Below are positions 1 through 9,605 of a stretch of 64,000 nt of DNA, piece by piece. This stretch comes from an uncultured Candidatus Binatia bacterium. GTDB lineage: Bacteria > Desulfobacterota > Binatia > UBA9968 > CAXXLF01. The translations under genes and the position numbers were made by a program. The stretch covers positions 4,128,001 to 4,192,000 of the forward strand of contig OZ244621.1 of the NCBI GenBank assembly GCA_965218425.1, written 5' to 3'. The notes beneath the pieces are model-generated. The model was given only the letters and a program-made list of their open reading frames with translations. It was not told the DNA's origin and searched no databases. Position 1 is the stretch's first letter; each line of letters begins with the position of its first letter.

Positions 1-992
1 GGGCTGGCCAGGTCCCAGGTAGAATAATTATACTGGCACCCGATGGCTCTCTTAACTCTGATATTGTCACCATTTTCCAGGGTTTGATTGGCCAACCCCC
101 ACAGGGACGCCCCAACGGCCATAGCCGCCAACTCTCCACTCCCGTCTTGAAAGGAATAGGGCTCTCCCGCTACCTGATATACTTCCGTCAACCTGGGATC
201 GAACATGCGCCGGAAATTCATATTGCCGGTACTACCACCTGTAGCAAGGATAACTCCATTTTCTGCACGGATGCTCACGCTGCTCTTGGTACCGCTGATG
301 TTACCGTCGGTGCGACAGCTCTGTAAGGGTGTTGTCCCGCCAGGCAGTATTCTCGGCGTATACTGCGCTGTAATTCCCAGAACCCTTCCAGAAGCCGTAT
401 TCGTGAAAGGTTCCCTGATAATGCTCGTCATTTTGTAGTTTAGAAGAAACTTTACACCCTTTTTTCTGGCACTGGCCTCCAGTGACCTAACGAGCCCCGT
501 CCCGGGTCTATTATTCGGACTTGCCAGGCCTGCCCCATCCGTCCAGAAAGAATGATTTTCCCGTGGGGCCGAGTTCCCAGTGGAGTGGGCACCCTGGTCG
601 TCCGGTGCCTTATCTTTGAACTTCACGCCGTTAGCCACCAGAAACTCGTAGGTCTGAGCGCAATTATCGGCAAAGGCACGAATTACCGCTCTGTCGTTAT
701 ACCTATAGTTGGGAGACCCGTTAGGCTCCACTACAGACCAGTCGGTCAAATCAGAGAATACGATATCCGGCGAATCTACGATTCCGTACTTTTTCTGCGC
801 GCTGGTCCCACCGCCCAGAGCCGTATTGCCCCCGCTCAAGATCGCATGGCCGCCAACGTCGTAATTGGCCTCTACCACTATCACCGAAGCCCTACGATCA
901 ACGGCTGCCAAGGCTGCAGGGAGTCCTGCGCCCCCTGAACCCACAACCACCACGTCTGCCACTAAATCCCAACTTGTTTGCTCTTGTTCCAT
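1..992 (-). CDS. FAD-dependent oxidoreductase, fumarate reductase / 3-ketosteroid dehydrogenase flavoprotein family (runs off window start)
   Basis: Not in ORF track. Manual translation from ATG 992 (RBS AGGAGG): MEQEQTSWDLVADVVVVGSGGAGLPAALAA...GGHAILSGG...GVILATGG; open to position 1. Confidence 0.85.
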   Translation of the reverse strand, partial: MEQEQTSWDLVADVVVVGSGGAGLPAALAAVDRRASVIVVEANYDVGGHAILSGGNTALGGGTSAQKKYGIVDSPDIVFSDLTDWSVVEPNGSPNYRYNDRAVIRAFADNCAQTYEFLVANGVKFKDKAPDDQGAHSTGNSAPRENHSFWTDGAGLASPNNRPGTGLVRSLEASARKKGVKFLLNYKMTSIIREPFTNTASGRVLGITAQYTPRILPGGTTPLQSCRTDGNISGTKSSVSIRAENGVILATGGSTGNMNFRRMFDPRLTEVYQVAGEPYSFQDGSGELAAMAVGASLWGLANQTLENGDNIRVKRAIGCQYNYSTWDLAS

Positions 993-1544
993 GGTGTCCA
1001 CCTCCTAATGATTGGAGTTTGAGCTTAAGCCATCGTGCTCAGCGCCCCTTCCCATCTTTCTGTTATTTCCTTTTTCGTTATTACTTGAATACATTTTACC
1101 GGTACCACCCGTTGATGACCTCCGGGTGTAAACTTCATCTTTACAGTCGCCGGGAAAGAATAAGGACTCAACGGGAACTCCTCCGCCGTCCACGTCGGTT
1201 CTTGCGAGACAGGCGCTTTTGCTACCCATGGTACGACGGCCGGCGATAGCGCTTGGCCAGCATTGAATCCCCCATTCAGGTTCCGCCCGTTATCACAAAT
1301 CGCGAGTATTTCTCCTGATTCACAGTGTGGAGCCAAAACAGGCGAACCTTAACTTATAAATTTAGCCATTTCTCTATCACTGAAGATCATATCGCGCAAA
1401 GTGGGCATTTCCTGGGATTCAGCAGTGAAAGAATTTGTCATTTCATCGCCCCAACGAGCCCCAGGGCTAACCCTCAAGAAGTGAAACCCTTTAAAGATCA
1501 ATGGATTATGGATAGGCACTCATCTTGCTTTCTAAAGGCTCCCC

Positions 1545-1930
1545 ATGAACCGAAAAATACTCATAGTCGAAGACGATGAAGCCTTGCTCAAGATTCTCCG
1601 TCTGCTGCTAGAGAACTCCTACGATATTACCCTGGCGATGAACGGTAAGCAGGGCTTGAAATGGCCACTTCTCAACGTCCAGACCTTATTCTAATAGATG
1701 TTACGATGCCTGAAATGGACGGTTTAGAGGTTCTTAGGAGACTCAAAGAGGATCCGCAAATGGCAAGGATTCCCGTCATTCTCCCCACAGCCAAGGTGGG
1801 TGACAAAAATATCTATGGGGGTTATCAATTAGGCGCCGATTACTATATTCCGAAGCCCTTCACCAACGCCCAACTATTGAACGGGATCAATTTGTTCCCT
1901 GAACCCCTAAACGCAGCGGTTGGGTCCTAG
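1545..1930 (+). pseudogene. Single-domain response regulator (receiver), frameshifted
   Basis: ATG 1545 gives MNRKILIVEDDEALLKILRLLLENSYDITLAMNGKQGL. One base is missing near 1656-1661; the frame of ORF 1661..1930 continues MATSQRPDLILIDVTMPEMDG...YIPKPF. Confidence 0.8.
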
Positions 1931-2021
1931 GGTTAAATTAAAAATATATCGGTGTGTATGTTTGATCTCTCTGCCCATTTGCTCTTTACTCTTACCTTTG
2001 TAGCCGTCTTTCTTTCCCGGA

Positions 2022-2516
2022 TCATCCCAGTAGATTATCAATTCCGAAGGCCACCGAGCCTCGGATCATAAAGTATAGGGCCAGCAGCAGGAAGATAAGA
2101 TTCGCCTGCCAGGAAGTTTCGGAGGAGTGAATGGCCGCCCTCCCCAGTCGTCGGGCCTCATCCATGGGTCCATTTTCCGGTAGGGAGCCTAATACTTCCG
2201 CTAGCATCTTCGGATAGGTCTGAAGGTGATTGCGCAGGACAAGGAATGTGGGAATAATGAAAAGAACAATCATTAGTGCGGCAACGCGAGTCTGAAACCC
2301 CACTGCCACGCCAAACCCTCCTAGAACCATAAAGGCCACGGCCATCAGGGCGAAGAATCTTGTCCCCCCGGCAAAGACCACCTTGGCGGTTCCAACGGCG
2401 TGGGGCCAACGACGTACGTTACTTATTCCACTACCGAGGAAACGCAACCCCAGGGCAACACGCAGCATGACCTCTAGGACAACCACAAGTCCAGCATCCA
2501 TGGTCCAATGGTCCAT
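2022..2516 (-). CDS. DoxX-family membrane protein
   Basis: Hydrophobic helices with LRVALG.FL.SG, GG.GVAVGFQTRVAAL and a C-terminal G..AFGID pattern. Confidence 0.75.
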   Translation of the reverse strand: MDHWTMDAGLVVVLEVMLRVALGLRFLGSGISNVRRWPHAVGTAKVVFAGGTRFFALMAVAFMVLGGFGVAVGFQTRVAALMIVLFIIPTFLVLRNHLQTYPKMLAEVLGSLPENGPMDEARRLGRAAIHSSETSWQANLIFLLLALYFMIRGSVAFGIDNLLG

Positions 2517-2738
2517 CTACTTCTTCCAGAGCCTCTGGAGAATCTCCTTTTGTTTCTGTGACAATCTTGTTCTCCCCCCCACCTGCCTGGACAAGCTCAT
2601 GATGAAGCTCCTCTCCCAGTCCGTGAACTTGGGGTCGTTCGCCTCTTCGCTTAGGCAAGCCACCAAATATTCATCGCGAGATTTTTGCCGTTTTCCAGGG
2701 GTCGGTTGCTTAGGAGTCCTGACCAGTTTTAAAGCCAT
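2517..2738 (-). CDS. Small hypothetical protein
   Basis: 73 aa ORF with GGAG RBS. FTDWERSFIMSL...LSQKQKEILQRLW looks protein-like; no family recognised. Confidence 0.55.
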   Translation of the reverse strand: MALKLVRTPKQPTPGKRQKSRDEYLVACLSEEANDPKFTDWERSFIMSLSRQVGGRTRLSQKQKEILQRLWKK

Positions 2739-2974
2739 AACTTCGCTGCTCCTTGATCAATCGAATTGATAGAATTATTTAAAAGCTTTTTAGAATAAAA
2801 CTGCAACGGTGGGAAGGTCAAGAAAAAACCTGTTCCTTCCTGTCACTTTCCATCTCATTTTGGCGTTGAATCATTCTTAAAATCTAAAATCAATGGGGTG
2901 CCTTGACTTGGTTAACCCGGCTGTGGGAATATCCGATGGTTTTCCACTCTGCTGACCAAAGGAGGTATGGACCC

Positions 2975-3499
2975 ATGCGTTTAAATCCAGAACTGCTGGA
3001 AGCAGTCAGGACCAATTTTAGCCGGGCCCCTAAGACTGGGGCTGTAGGTACGATCCGAGTCGATGTTCAACACAAGGAACAAAAGACCCTTGAGGCCACC
3101 AACAAGAGCGAGGACAGGACCTTTCAGTTCCTGGCAGATGAGCCAGCCGTAAGGGGTGGCATGAGTCAAGGGCCGGCACCTCTGAGTTACTTTGTAGCAG
3201 GAGGCGCTACGTGACTGACCATGCAATATACCAGTGTGGTAATTTCAAAAGACATTCCCATTGACAGTTTGAATGTGACCGCCAGAGCCCATCATTCAGC
3301 AGAGCTAAGGGCTTTCAAGGATATGATTTTCCAAGTCTACCTGGAGGGGAGTTGTTCAGAGGATCAAGCCCTAAGCCTGGCCCAGGAAGCAAGCAAACGT
3401 TGTTTTGTGGAAAACACCCTGGTCAAATCACTTCCCCTGACCACTGAGATTCACCTGAATGGAAAGAAAATCCGCGCTACAACCCGCGGGCCAGAGTGA
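2975..3499 (+). CDS. OsmC/Ohr-family peroxiredoxin, candidate selenoprotein (in-frame TGA 3212-3214 read as Sec)
   Basis: ORFs 2903..3214 and 3221..3499 share a frame. RBS GGAGGT precedes ATG 2975. Joined protein: ADEPAVRGG..GPAPLSYFVAGGAT-U-LTMQY...KRCFVENTL, with TGA at the first OsmC Cys and the second Cys retained. Confidence 0.85.
3225..3244 (+). promoter_or_regulatory. Putative bacterial SECIS hairpin
   Basis: AAT-A(bulge)-TACCA-GTG-TGGTA-ATT; loop G lies 20 nt after the TGA. Confidence 0.6.
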
Positions 3500-3514
3500 G
3501 AGAGAAGACGACCG

Positions 3515-4261
3515 TTAAAATAATTCTTCGAAGCTACGGATAACCCCATGGTCGGTGTTCTCCGGCTGTCCCCTACCCGGACGCACGCATAGCATGGTTT
3601 GCATCTGTGCGGACCGAGCCGCGTTCAGTTCTCCCACAACGTCCGAGACAAATACAATCTTTGATGCCTGCACCTTGAGTGCGGCCGATATCCGACGGTA
3701 ACTCTCCGGCTCCCCTTTCGCACCCATGGCGGTGTCGAAATAAGCTCCTATGAACCGGGTGAGGTCGCCTGAGGGAATGTTCCGAAAAAGTAATTTTTGG
3801 GCAAGGATACTGCCCGACGAAAAAACAGAGATATCTTTCTTTTGCCGCACCCACTGCTTAATGGCGGGTGGGACATCTGCGTAAACCTGACCCTTTAATT
3901 CTCCCGATTCATAGCCAGCCAGCCAGATTCTTCCCTGGAGGGATTTCAAGGCCGTGGCCTTGCGGTCCTGGTCCATCAGCCAGTGGACGTAGCTAACAAT
4001 TGATTCCGATTCACCTCCCGACAGGTCACCCTTCCAGGAAGGGGGTTTCAGACCTCGGCGAAGGTCGGCTTGATATTGGCTCCATAGACCCGCCACATCG
4101 GAACGGACTTCCTCGTTATCACTATGTTTCTGAATAAACGCCTTGAACTGTTTACGTGCGAAAGGAAACAGAACCTCGGACACGAACTCGATTGGCGTGG
4201 TCGTGCCTTCGATATCTAATAGAACGGCCTGGAATGATTCCCTGAGTATTGGACCCGCCAA
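3515..4261 (-). CDS. mtnC: Enolase-phosphatase E1 (acireductone synthase, HAD family)
   Basis: LLDIEGTTTPIEFV, DRKATALKSLQGRIW, SSGSILAQKLLF. Probable TTG start at 4261 just after the mtnD stop (ORF track extends to 4336). Confidence 0.9.
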   Translation of the reverse strand: MAGPILRESFQAVLLDIEGTTTPIEFVSEVLFPFARKQFKAFIQKHSDNEEVRSDVAGLWSQYQADLRRGLKPPSWKGDLSGGESESIVSYVHWLMDQDRKATALKSLQGRIWLAGYESGELKGQVYADVPPAIKQWVRQKKDISVFSSGSILAQKLLFRNIPSGDLTRFIGAYFDTAMGAKGEPESYRRISAALKVQASKIVFVSDVVGELNAARSAQMQTMLCVRPGRGQPENTDHGVIRSFEELF

Positions 4262-4262
4262 C

Positions 4263-4829
4263 TCAGTTCTTGCCAGGCTGCGAGGGAATGTACTGAGGGC
4301 CGAGGCAGAGAGGCTCGTACCCTTTATCCATGCCACTTTCCGTGTAATGGGGAGTCCAACCCGAAGGATCCTGGAACAAACGAATGCACCGGATCTCCCG
4401 CTCCCCGCAGAGATGAAACCAGTGGCGCGTGTCTTTGGGCACGCTAATCATATCCCCGGCCTGTACCTCAATGGCCACCACCGGACCATGGGACGGCTTA
4501 ATGTGAAAAAGCCCCCGGCCCTGAATGACGAATCGCACCTCGTCCTCATCATGCCAGTGCTCCCGATCGAACTTGGCCAGCATGGCATCCAGATTGGGTG
4601 TTTGAGAATTGACCGCAATAACATCGGCGGTAACGTATCCGCCGCTCTGTTTCAACTTCTCAATCTCATCCTTGTAGGCTTCGAGAATCGATGCCTCCGT
4701 TGCGTCCTCGGCTAAAGGATGGGCGGGTTGCCAATGCTCGTATTGAATCCCTATGGCAGCAAGGTATTCAACAATGGACCTGGGGTCAGTGATGGTTTGA
4801 TTCTCATCCGGAATCCTCAATACGCCCAT
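4263..4829 (-). CDS. mtnD: Acireductone dioxygenase
   Basis: [15 protein letters not shown]...[14 protein letters not shown]...[10 protein letters not shown]. Confidence 0.92.
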   Translation of the reverse strand: MGVLRIPDENQTITDPRSIVEYLAAIGIQYEHWQPAHPLAEDATEASILEAYKDEIEKLKQSGGYVTADVIAVNSQTPNLDAMLAKFDREHWHDEDEVRFVIQGRGLFHIKPSHGPVVAIEVQAGDMISVPKDTRHWFHLCGEREIRCIRLFQDPSGWTPHYTESGMDKGYEPLCLGPQYIPSQPGKN

Positions 4830-4843
4830 GAGTCAATCCCTCC

Positions 4844-5533
4844 CTAGCGCTTGGCAAGTGCCAGGCGACTTTCGTTGGTCACAGTAATGGCTCCACGGTA
4901 ATCCATTTTCATCCTTCTTCCCATGACCTCCAACAAAAACTCCAGAATCTCCACGTGGCGTTTTGCCTCCTCGAGATCGCCACCCCAGGTGTACAGCCCA
5001 TGCCCGCGGAGAAGGAATCCGTGACCGTTGGGATTTTGCTTCAGCCGTGTCCTGACAAAATCGCTCAGGGCCGCCATGTCCTGTGAATTTTCAAAGATCG
5101 GAAGCCACTCCCGGTGCTGATGTGTGGACACACCCCGGAGCCCTTTCAACATCTCGTATCCTTCGATGCTAATACCACCTTGGTGTCCCTCGAGTTCGGA
5201 AACTAAGGTGCTCCAAACGGAATGGGTATGGAGAATAGCGTTGGCCCCCAGTTCTCCAGCGATCATCAGATGCAGTTTGGCCTCGGCGGAAGCCCTGAGG
5301 GAGCTTTCCAGACTGTTCCCCTGTTCGTCAACTCGCACAAATTTTTCCACCCGGAGCGAACTCTTGTTAATCCCCGTGGAGGTGATGGCGAGCGTCAAGG
5401 GATCACGAGTCACCACAGCGCTGAAGTTGCCACTGGTTCCCAGAGCCCAACCCCTTTGCCAAAATTCGCGCCCCACCTGGGAGAGATGATTTGCGATATT
5501 GGAGAATTGCATTCTTTTATCTACGGTGTCCAT
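4844..5533 (-). CDS. mtnB: Methylthioribulose-1-phosphate dehydratase
   Basis: GWALGTSGNFS, SAEAKLH, ILHTHSVW, GYEMLKGL, LLRGHGLYTWG. Start uncertain (5533 or 5512; ORF track gives 5569). Confidence 0.9.
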   Translation of the reverse strand: MDTVDKRMQFSNIANHLSQVGREFWQRGWALGTSGNFSAVVTRDPLTLAITSTGINKSSLRVEKFVRVDEQGNSLESSLRASAEAKLHLMIAGELGANAILHTHSVWSTLVSELEGHQGGISIEGYEMLKGLRGVSTHQHREWLPIFENSQDMAALSDFVRTRLKQNPNGHGFLLRGHGLYTWGGDLEEAKRHVEILEFLLEVMGRRMKMDYRGAITVTNESRLALAKR

Positions 5534-5572
5534 CCAGTGTTTAAAAGCGCCCTTGAGCCCAATTCGCAAGAG

Positions 5573-5601
5573 AAACTACCTGACGGGAGGTTTGATGTCA
5601 A
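5573..5601 (-). promoter_or_regulatory. sigma70-like promoter of mtnBDC
   Basis: TTGACA-N17-TAGTTT on the minus strand. Confidence 0.55.
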
Positions 5602-6056
5602 CCTGGGGGGGGATTTTTGATTTTGGAATGCTGAGGACTGTTTGTTGGCAATGGATTAGATGAGTTCTCCATTGGCCTCTACTGTCCGGAACGGAGAACT
5701 TCAGTGCCTTTTTCCGACCTCCATGCGTGATAGCCTTCTTTGACCCTCTGCTTTCGCTCCTCCTCGTACCGCCGCTCGCAGAACTTTTTATAGCCCTGCT
5801 GACAGCCTAAGCTGTGAATTGGGTTGGTCCGTGACTAAGGGCAACCCCATACCGGCGCGGGTGTAAAGTCTTTGAAAGAGCCTCGGGCTGCCGTAGAGCA
5901 CGCCGGGCTCTGTGGAATCTTTGCCAGAATGGGTGATTACCACAACGTCCACCTCGAAGTTGTCGAACGCAGCACCGAGTTCCGCAGTTAACTCTGCCTT
6001 ATCCCCGCCGTGATCGAGCCTCTCACCTCCAAAAAGTAGTGGCTCCTTTTCACTTT

Positions 6057-6986
6057 TTATGCTGCCTTCAACAATCGCGCAGGGTTTTTGTGAAATATCT
6101 TTTCCTTGTCCTCATCACTGATAGGCAGCTCTTCTACTAATTTCACCGCCTTGGGTAACAGCGGAGCAAGCGGCGGCGCGTCGCTGCCGAACACCACATG
6201 ATCGATTCCCACCGTATTGATGGCGCACATTACCGCGGGCCAGTGATAGGCCGCACTATCCATATAAATCATTTTCAAGTATTCACCCGGCGCTTTGGTA
6301 ATGAGCATGGGCTCGTAGGCACCAAGGAAGAAACAAAAATCCCCGAGTTCGTAGGCGTAGTTCAGCCGTCCAATCACCTCACAGATACCTCCGCCGAGGT
6401 GACAGCCCACAAACTTGACCGTGGGATAGCGTTCGAATATTCCCCTTACGATGAGTCGAGATATAGCAAGGGTCTCGTCGGCCGGTCGTCCTACGCTGGA
6501 GATGAGGCGGTACATGTTCATGCACTCCTCGCCGAAGCTGGAGCTGGGAGCATGAATCATAACGGGGATGTCCAACTCGGTTGCGAGGTCCCAGAAGGGC
6601 TCTGCCTCATCTTCGTCGGGATAGTGGCCGTTGTGGCTGGAGTTGATCAGCACGCCGCGCAATCCATACTCCTTGATGGCCCGTTGCAGTTCCTTGACGT
6701 ATTGGTTGCCGCCACCAGGCACCGTGGTAGCGAAACAGAATGTTTCTTCGGGATATTTCTGAGCCACCTCGGCCGAGTACTCATCCCACCGCTGGATGCC
6801 GCGAAAGCCTTCCGCGTCGGGCAGGCCCTTAATGTAATGAACGGGGCTGCTCACCACCATCTTATCGACACCGGCGTTACGGTGCGTGTTAATGACACTC
6901 TCCAAGGTCATGGGGCAGCGGCCCTGCCACCTCGGTTTGGCGGCTAGTTCTGGTGGGTACACATGGGTGTGCCAATCGATTTTCAT
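6057..6986 (-). CDS. Amidohydrolase_2 family (ACMSD-like decarboxylase/hydrolase)
   Basis: IDWHTH, VMIHAP, CHLGG, VVFGSDAP. ATG 6986 follows GAGGAGG. Confidence 0.88.
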   Translation of the reverse strand: MKIDWHTHVYPPELAAKPRWQGRCPMTLESVINTHRNAGVDKMVVSSPVHYIKGLPDAEGFRGIQRWDEYSAEVAQKYPEETFCFATTVPGGGNQYVKELQRAIKEYGLRGVLINSSHNGHYPDEDEAEPFWDLATELDIPVMIHAPSSSFGEECMNMYRLISSVGRPADETLAISRLIVRGIFERYPTVKFVGCHLGGGICEVIGRLNYAYELGDFCFFLGAYEPMLITKAPGEYLKMIYMDSAAYHWPAVMCAINTVGIDHVVFGSDAPPLAPLLPKAVKLVEELPISDEDKEKIFHKNPARLLKAA

Positions 6987-7268
6987 TGAACTCACCTCCT
7001 CAAGAAAGAATGTCCAGTGACTTGGGTTTTTTTACTTGATTTTCTCTGGCTTTGGCAAATGTTTACTTTTAACAGTTAGTTCTTCTGCATTGCACCCCGT
7101 TTAGGATCTGACGATAACAGAACCGTGAAAAATTCAGCTAGGTATCCGAATTCCCCTCAGGGTCTGTATTCCTAGATTCTTGTCCGTCTTTTTCCGGCCA
7201 TTCTTCGTACTTGACATTATCACGCCGTTTGCCTAAAAGGTCCAAATTATCCGTGTAGGAGGTACCCC

Positions 7269-8396
7269 ATGAAACTCAACAGATTTATTCTGGTCACTGC
7301 CGTTGCGGTAGGACTCAATCTATTAGGCCATGGGCCAAGTTCAGCCAACTGGCAAACCAAATGGGAAAAGACACTGGCAGGGGCCATAGAAGAAGGAGAG
7401 GTCAGGGTTTTTACTGGAGGTGGCTACGAAGCCGTTTACCCTGAATTCCAGAAGGCGTTCCCCAAGATCAAGCTCATCGGCGTCACAGGACGGGGTAGTC
7501 AAATTGCGCTGCGCATCATGGCCGAGCGTAGAGCAGGCAAATTTTTGGCTGATGTCTGCATCTGTGGGGTTACTACTCCCTATCAAATCCTTTACCGGGG
7601 CAAAGCCGTGGATCCCCTACGCCCGGTTCTCGTGCTTCCCGATATCCTTGATAAATCCAATTGGTTTGAGGGAAAACACCGCTACGTAGACCCGGAAAGT
7701 AAGTATATCTTTGCTTTTATGGGGAATGTTGGCTCTGCGGGGCAGGTTGCCTTTAACACCAAGCTTGTGGATCCCAAACAGTTCAAGTCCTACTGGGACT
7801 TCGTCCAAGCTAAATGGAGAGGAAGGGTTGCCATCAGACATCCTAATGAGCCTGGCGCGGTGAAAGCTAGTCTCCGTTTTTTCTACTTTAACCCGGAGCT
7901 AGGCCCAAAGTATCTAAGGGCTCTTTTCGGTGAATTAAAACCCACCTATTACCGAGGTTACTCACAGGGCTTGGACTGGGTTGCCACGGGAAAGTATCCC
8001 CTGTGCATCCTATGCCCAGCCATCTATGAAGGGAAGCAACAGGGCCTTCCCATTGATCAACCGGGTCTGCTAAAAGAAGGAACGCAGCTCAGCCCTGGCT
8101 ACGGCTCGATCGTTAAGTTTAAAAACGCCCCTAATCCCAATGCCGCCGATGTGTTCATTAACTGGCTTCTTTCCCGCGAGGGCCAGGCCAAGTTGCAAAG
8201 CACCGTTGCAATTCGATCCAGAGGGTCGAGGATCTTGGATTCCCTCCGCACCGATGTGCCAAAGGACCATATACCGGAGGAAAATCGGAGGATCAAAGGG
8301 GGAAAGTATATGTTTGCTAGTGAACCGCGGATGATGGACATGAGACCCATCAATAGACTGATCAAAAAGATCTTGGCCGAGGCCAAGAGAAATTAA
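7269..8396 (+). CDS. ABC-type extracellular solute-binding protein (Fe/thiamine-like class)
   Basis: Signal peptide; W..TLAGA.EEGEV, ERRAGK, NAPNPNAA.VFINWLLSREGQ. Paralogue of 46686..47765. Confidence 0.85.
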   Translation: MKLNRFILVTAVAVGLNLLGHGPSSANWQTKWEKTLAGAIEEGEVRVFTGGGYEAVYPEFQKAFPKIKLIGVTGRGSQIALRIMAERRAGKFLADVCICGVTTPYQILYRGKAVDPLRPVLVLPDILDKSNWFEGKHRYVDPESKYIFAFMGNVGSAGQVAFNTKLVDPKQFKSYWDFVQAKWRGRVAIRHPNEPGAVKASLRFFYFNPELGPKYLRALFGELKPTYYRGYSQGLDWVATGKYPLCILCPAIYEGKQQGLPIDQPGLLKEGTQLSPGYGSIVKFKNAPNPNAADVFINWLLSREGQAKLQSTVAIRSRGSRILDSLRTDVPKDHIPEENRRIKGGKYMFASEPRMMDMRPINRLIKKILAEAKRN

Positions 8397-8465
8397 TATT
8401 GGGGTCCGGGGAGATGGGTCCCTCAGTAAAGTAAATCCGAGACTCCTTTAGGAAGGGGAGCAAAT

Positions 8466-9536
8466 ATGGGCGCAACCAAAATTATCGACGGTGACGGCCA
8501 CGTCTTGGAGGATGGAAGCATCGCAAAGCACCTCCCCTTCCCCTACAAAGAACGGGCGGACCGACTCCAGAACCGTCTATTCCCTCCCCTGGACCACCTG
8601 CACGCCGGCCAAGCCCCCTCTCAGACCCCTCCAGGTTCGTTTCAGAGGGTGGACGCCAACGGCTGGGTAAAATTCCTGGACACCGTAGGCATCGAAGCCT
8701 CCGTGCTCTACCCTACGTCAGGACTTGCCTGCGGGAAGATTAACAACCACGACTGGGCCATAGCTGTAACCAGAGCGTACAACGATTGGCTGCACGAGAC
8801 CTTCCTGAGCAAGAGTCCGCGCTTGAAGGGGATGGGGCTGATTCCCATGCAAGAGCCTGAAGCCGCAGTGGAAGAGCTTCGGCGTGTGGTGCAAGACCTC
8901 GACATGTGCGGGGCCATGATGCCATCCACAGGGCTCCCATCTCAATTGGGCGCAAAAGAATACTGGCCTATCTATGAAGAAGCTGACAGGCTCGGCTGCT
9001 GCCTGGCCGTCCATGGAGGGTGCCACAGTGGTCTCGGACTGGACAATGTCAATGTCCACGCTGCGGTCCATGGTTTGGGTCATCCCTTCGGAATCACCAT
9101 TTCCTTCGCCAGTATTATTTTCAATGGGATCCTTGACCGGTTCCAAAACACTAATATCGCATTCCTGGAAGGTGGAGTGGCCTGGTTCCTGGTTGGCCTC
9201 GAGCGATTCGACCGCTCCTACGAAACCCACTACTATTACAATCCCCGAGGAGACTTGCTCACCCTCGAACCTAATGAAAAAGTCAGCGACTACATAATCC
9301 GGCAGGTGAAAGCAGGGAGAATTTATGTTGGATGCGAGGGAGATGAACCCGCCCTGGCCTACGCAGTCAAGAGTGTGGGTAGCGAGCCCTTCCTCTATTC
9401 ATCCGATTTCCCCCATGAGGTCAACACCGAGACCTGCATGAAAGAAATTCAAGAGCTCGTGGACAACGGAGAATTGACCGAAGAGGCCAAAGAGGCGGTG
9501 TTGCGTGAGAATTCCCGGAGGTTCTACAGGATTTAA
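8466..9536 (+). CDS. Amidohydrolase_2 family
   Basis: IIDGDGHV, VLYPT, AVHGG, FLEGG, SSDFPH. Confidence 0.9.
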   Translation: MGATKIIDGDGHVLEDGSIAKHLPFPYKERADRLQNRLFPPLDHLHAGQAPSQTPPGSFQRVDANGWVKFLDTVGIEASVLYPTSGLACGKINNHDWAIAVTRAYNDWLHETFLSKSPRLKGMGLIPMQEPEAAVEELRRVVQDLDMCGAMMPSTGLPSQLGAKEYWPIYEEADRLGCCLAVHGGCHSGLGLDNVNVHAAVHGLGHPFGITISFASIIFNGILDRFQNTNIAFLEGGVAWFLVGLERFDRSYETHYYYNPRGDLLTLEPNEKVSDYIIRQVKAGRIYVGCEGDEPALAYAVKSVGSEPFLYSSDFPHEVNTETCMKEIQELVDNGELTEEAKEAVLRENSRRFYRI

Positions 9537-9577
9537 TCTACCGTTACCTTCACCTGAAACCCGAGACCTGATCTTCA

Positions 9578-9605
9578 AATCCAAAATCAATAATCTTAAA
9601 TCTAA
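9578..9605 (+). repeat. Degenerate heptamer tandem repeat
   Basis: aatccaa aatcaat aatctta aatctaa; the same unit occurs near 2881-2894. Confidence 0.7.

Noticed and set aside
1005..1336. Short ORFs upstream of the flavoprotein gene
   Set aside because: Overlapping frames without RBS or recognisable motifs.
2514..2519. In-frame TAG-ATG junction between the 73 aa ORF and DoxX as possible pyrrolysine read-through
   Set aside because: DoxX is complete on its own, the junction lies in a tggacca-like repeat, and there is no catalytic-position argument or pyl gene.
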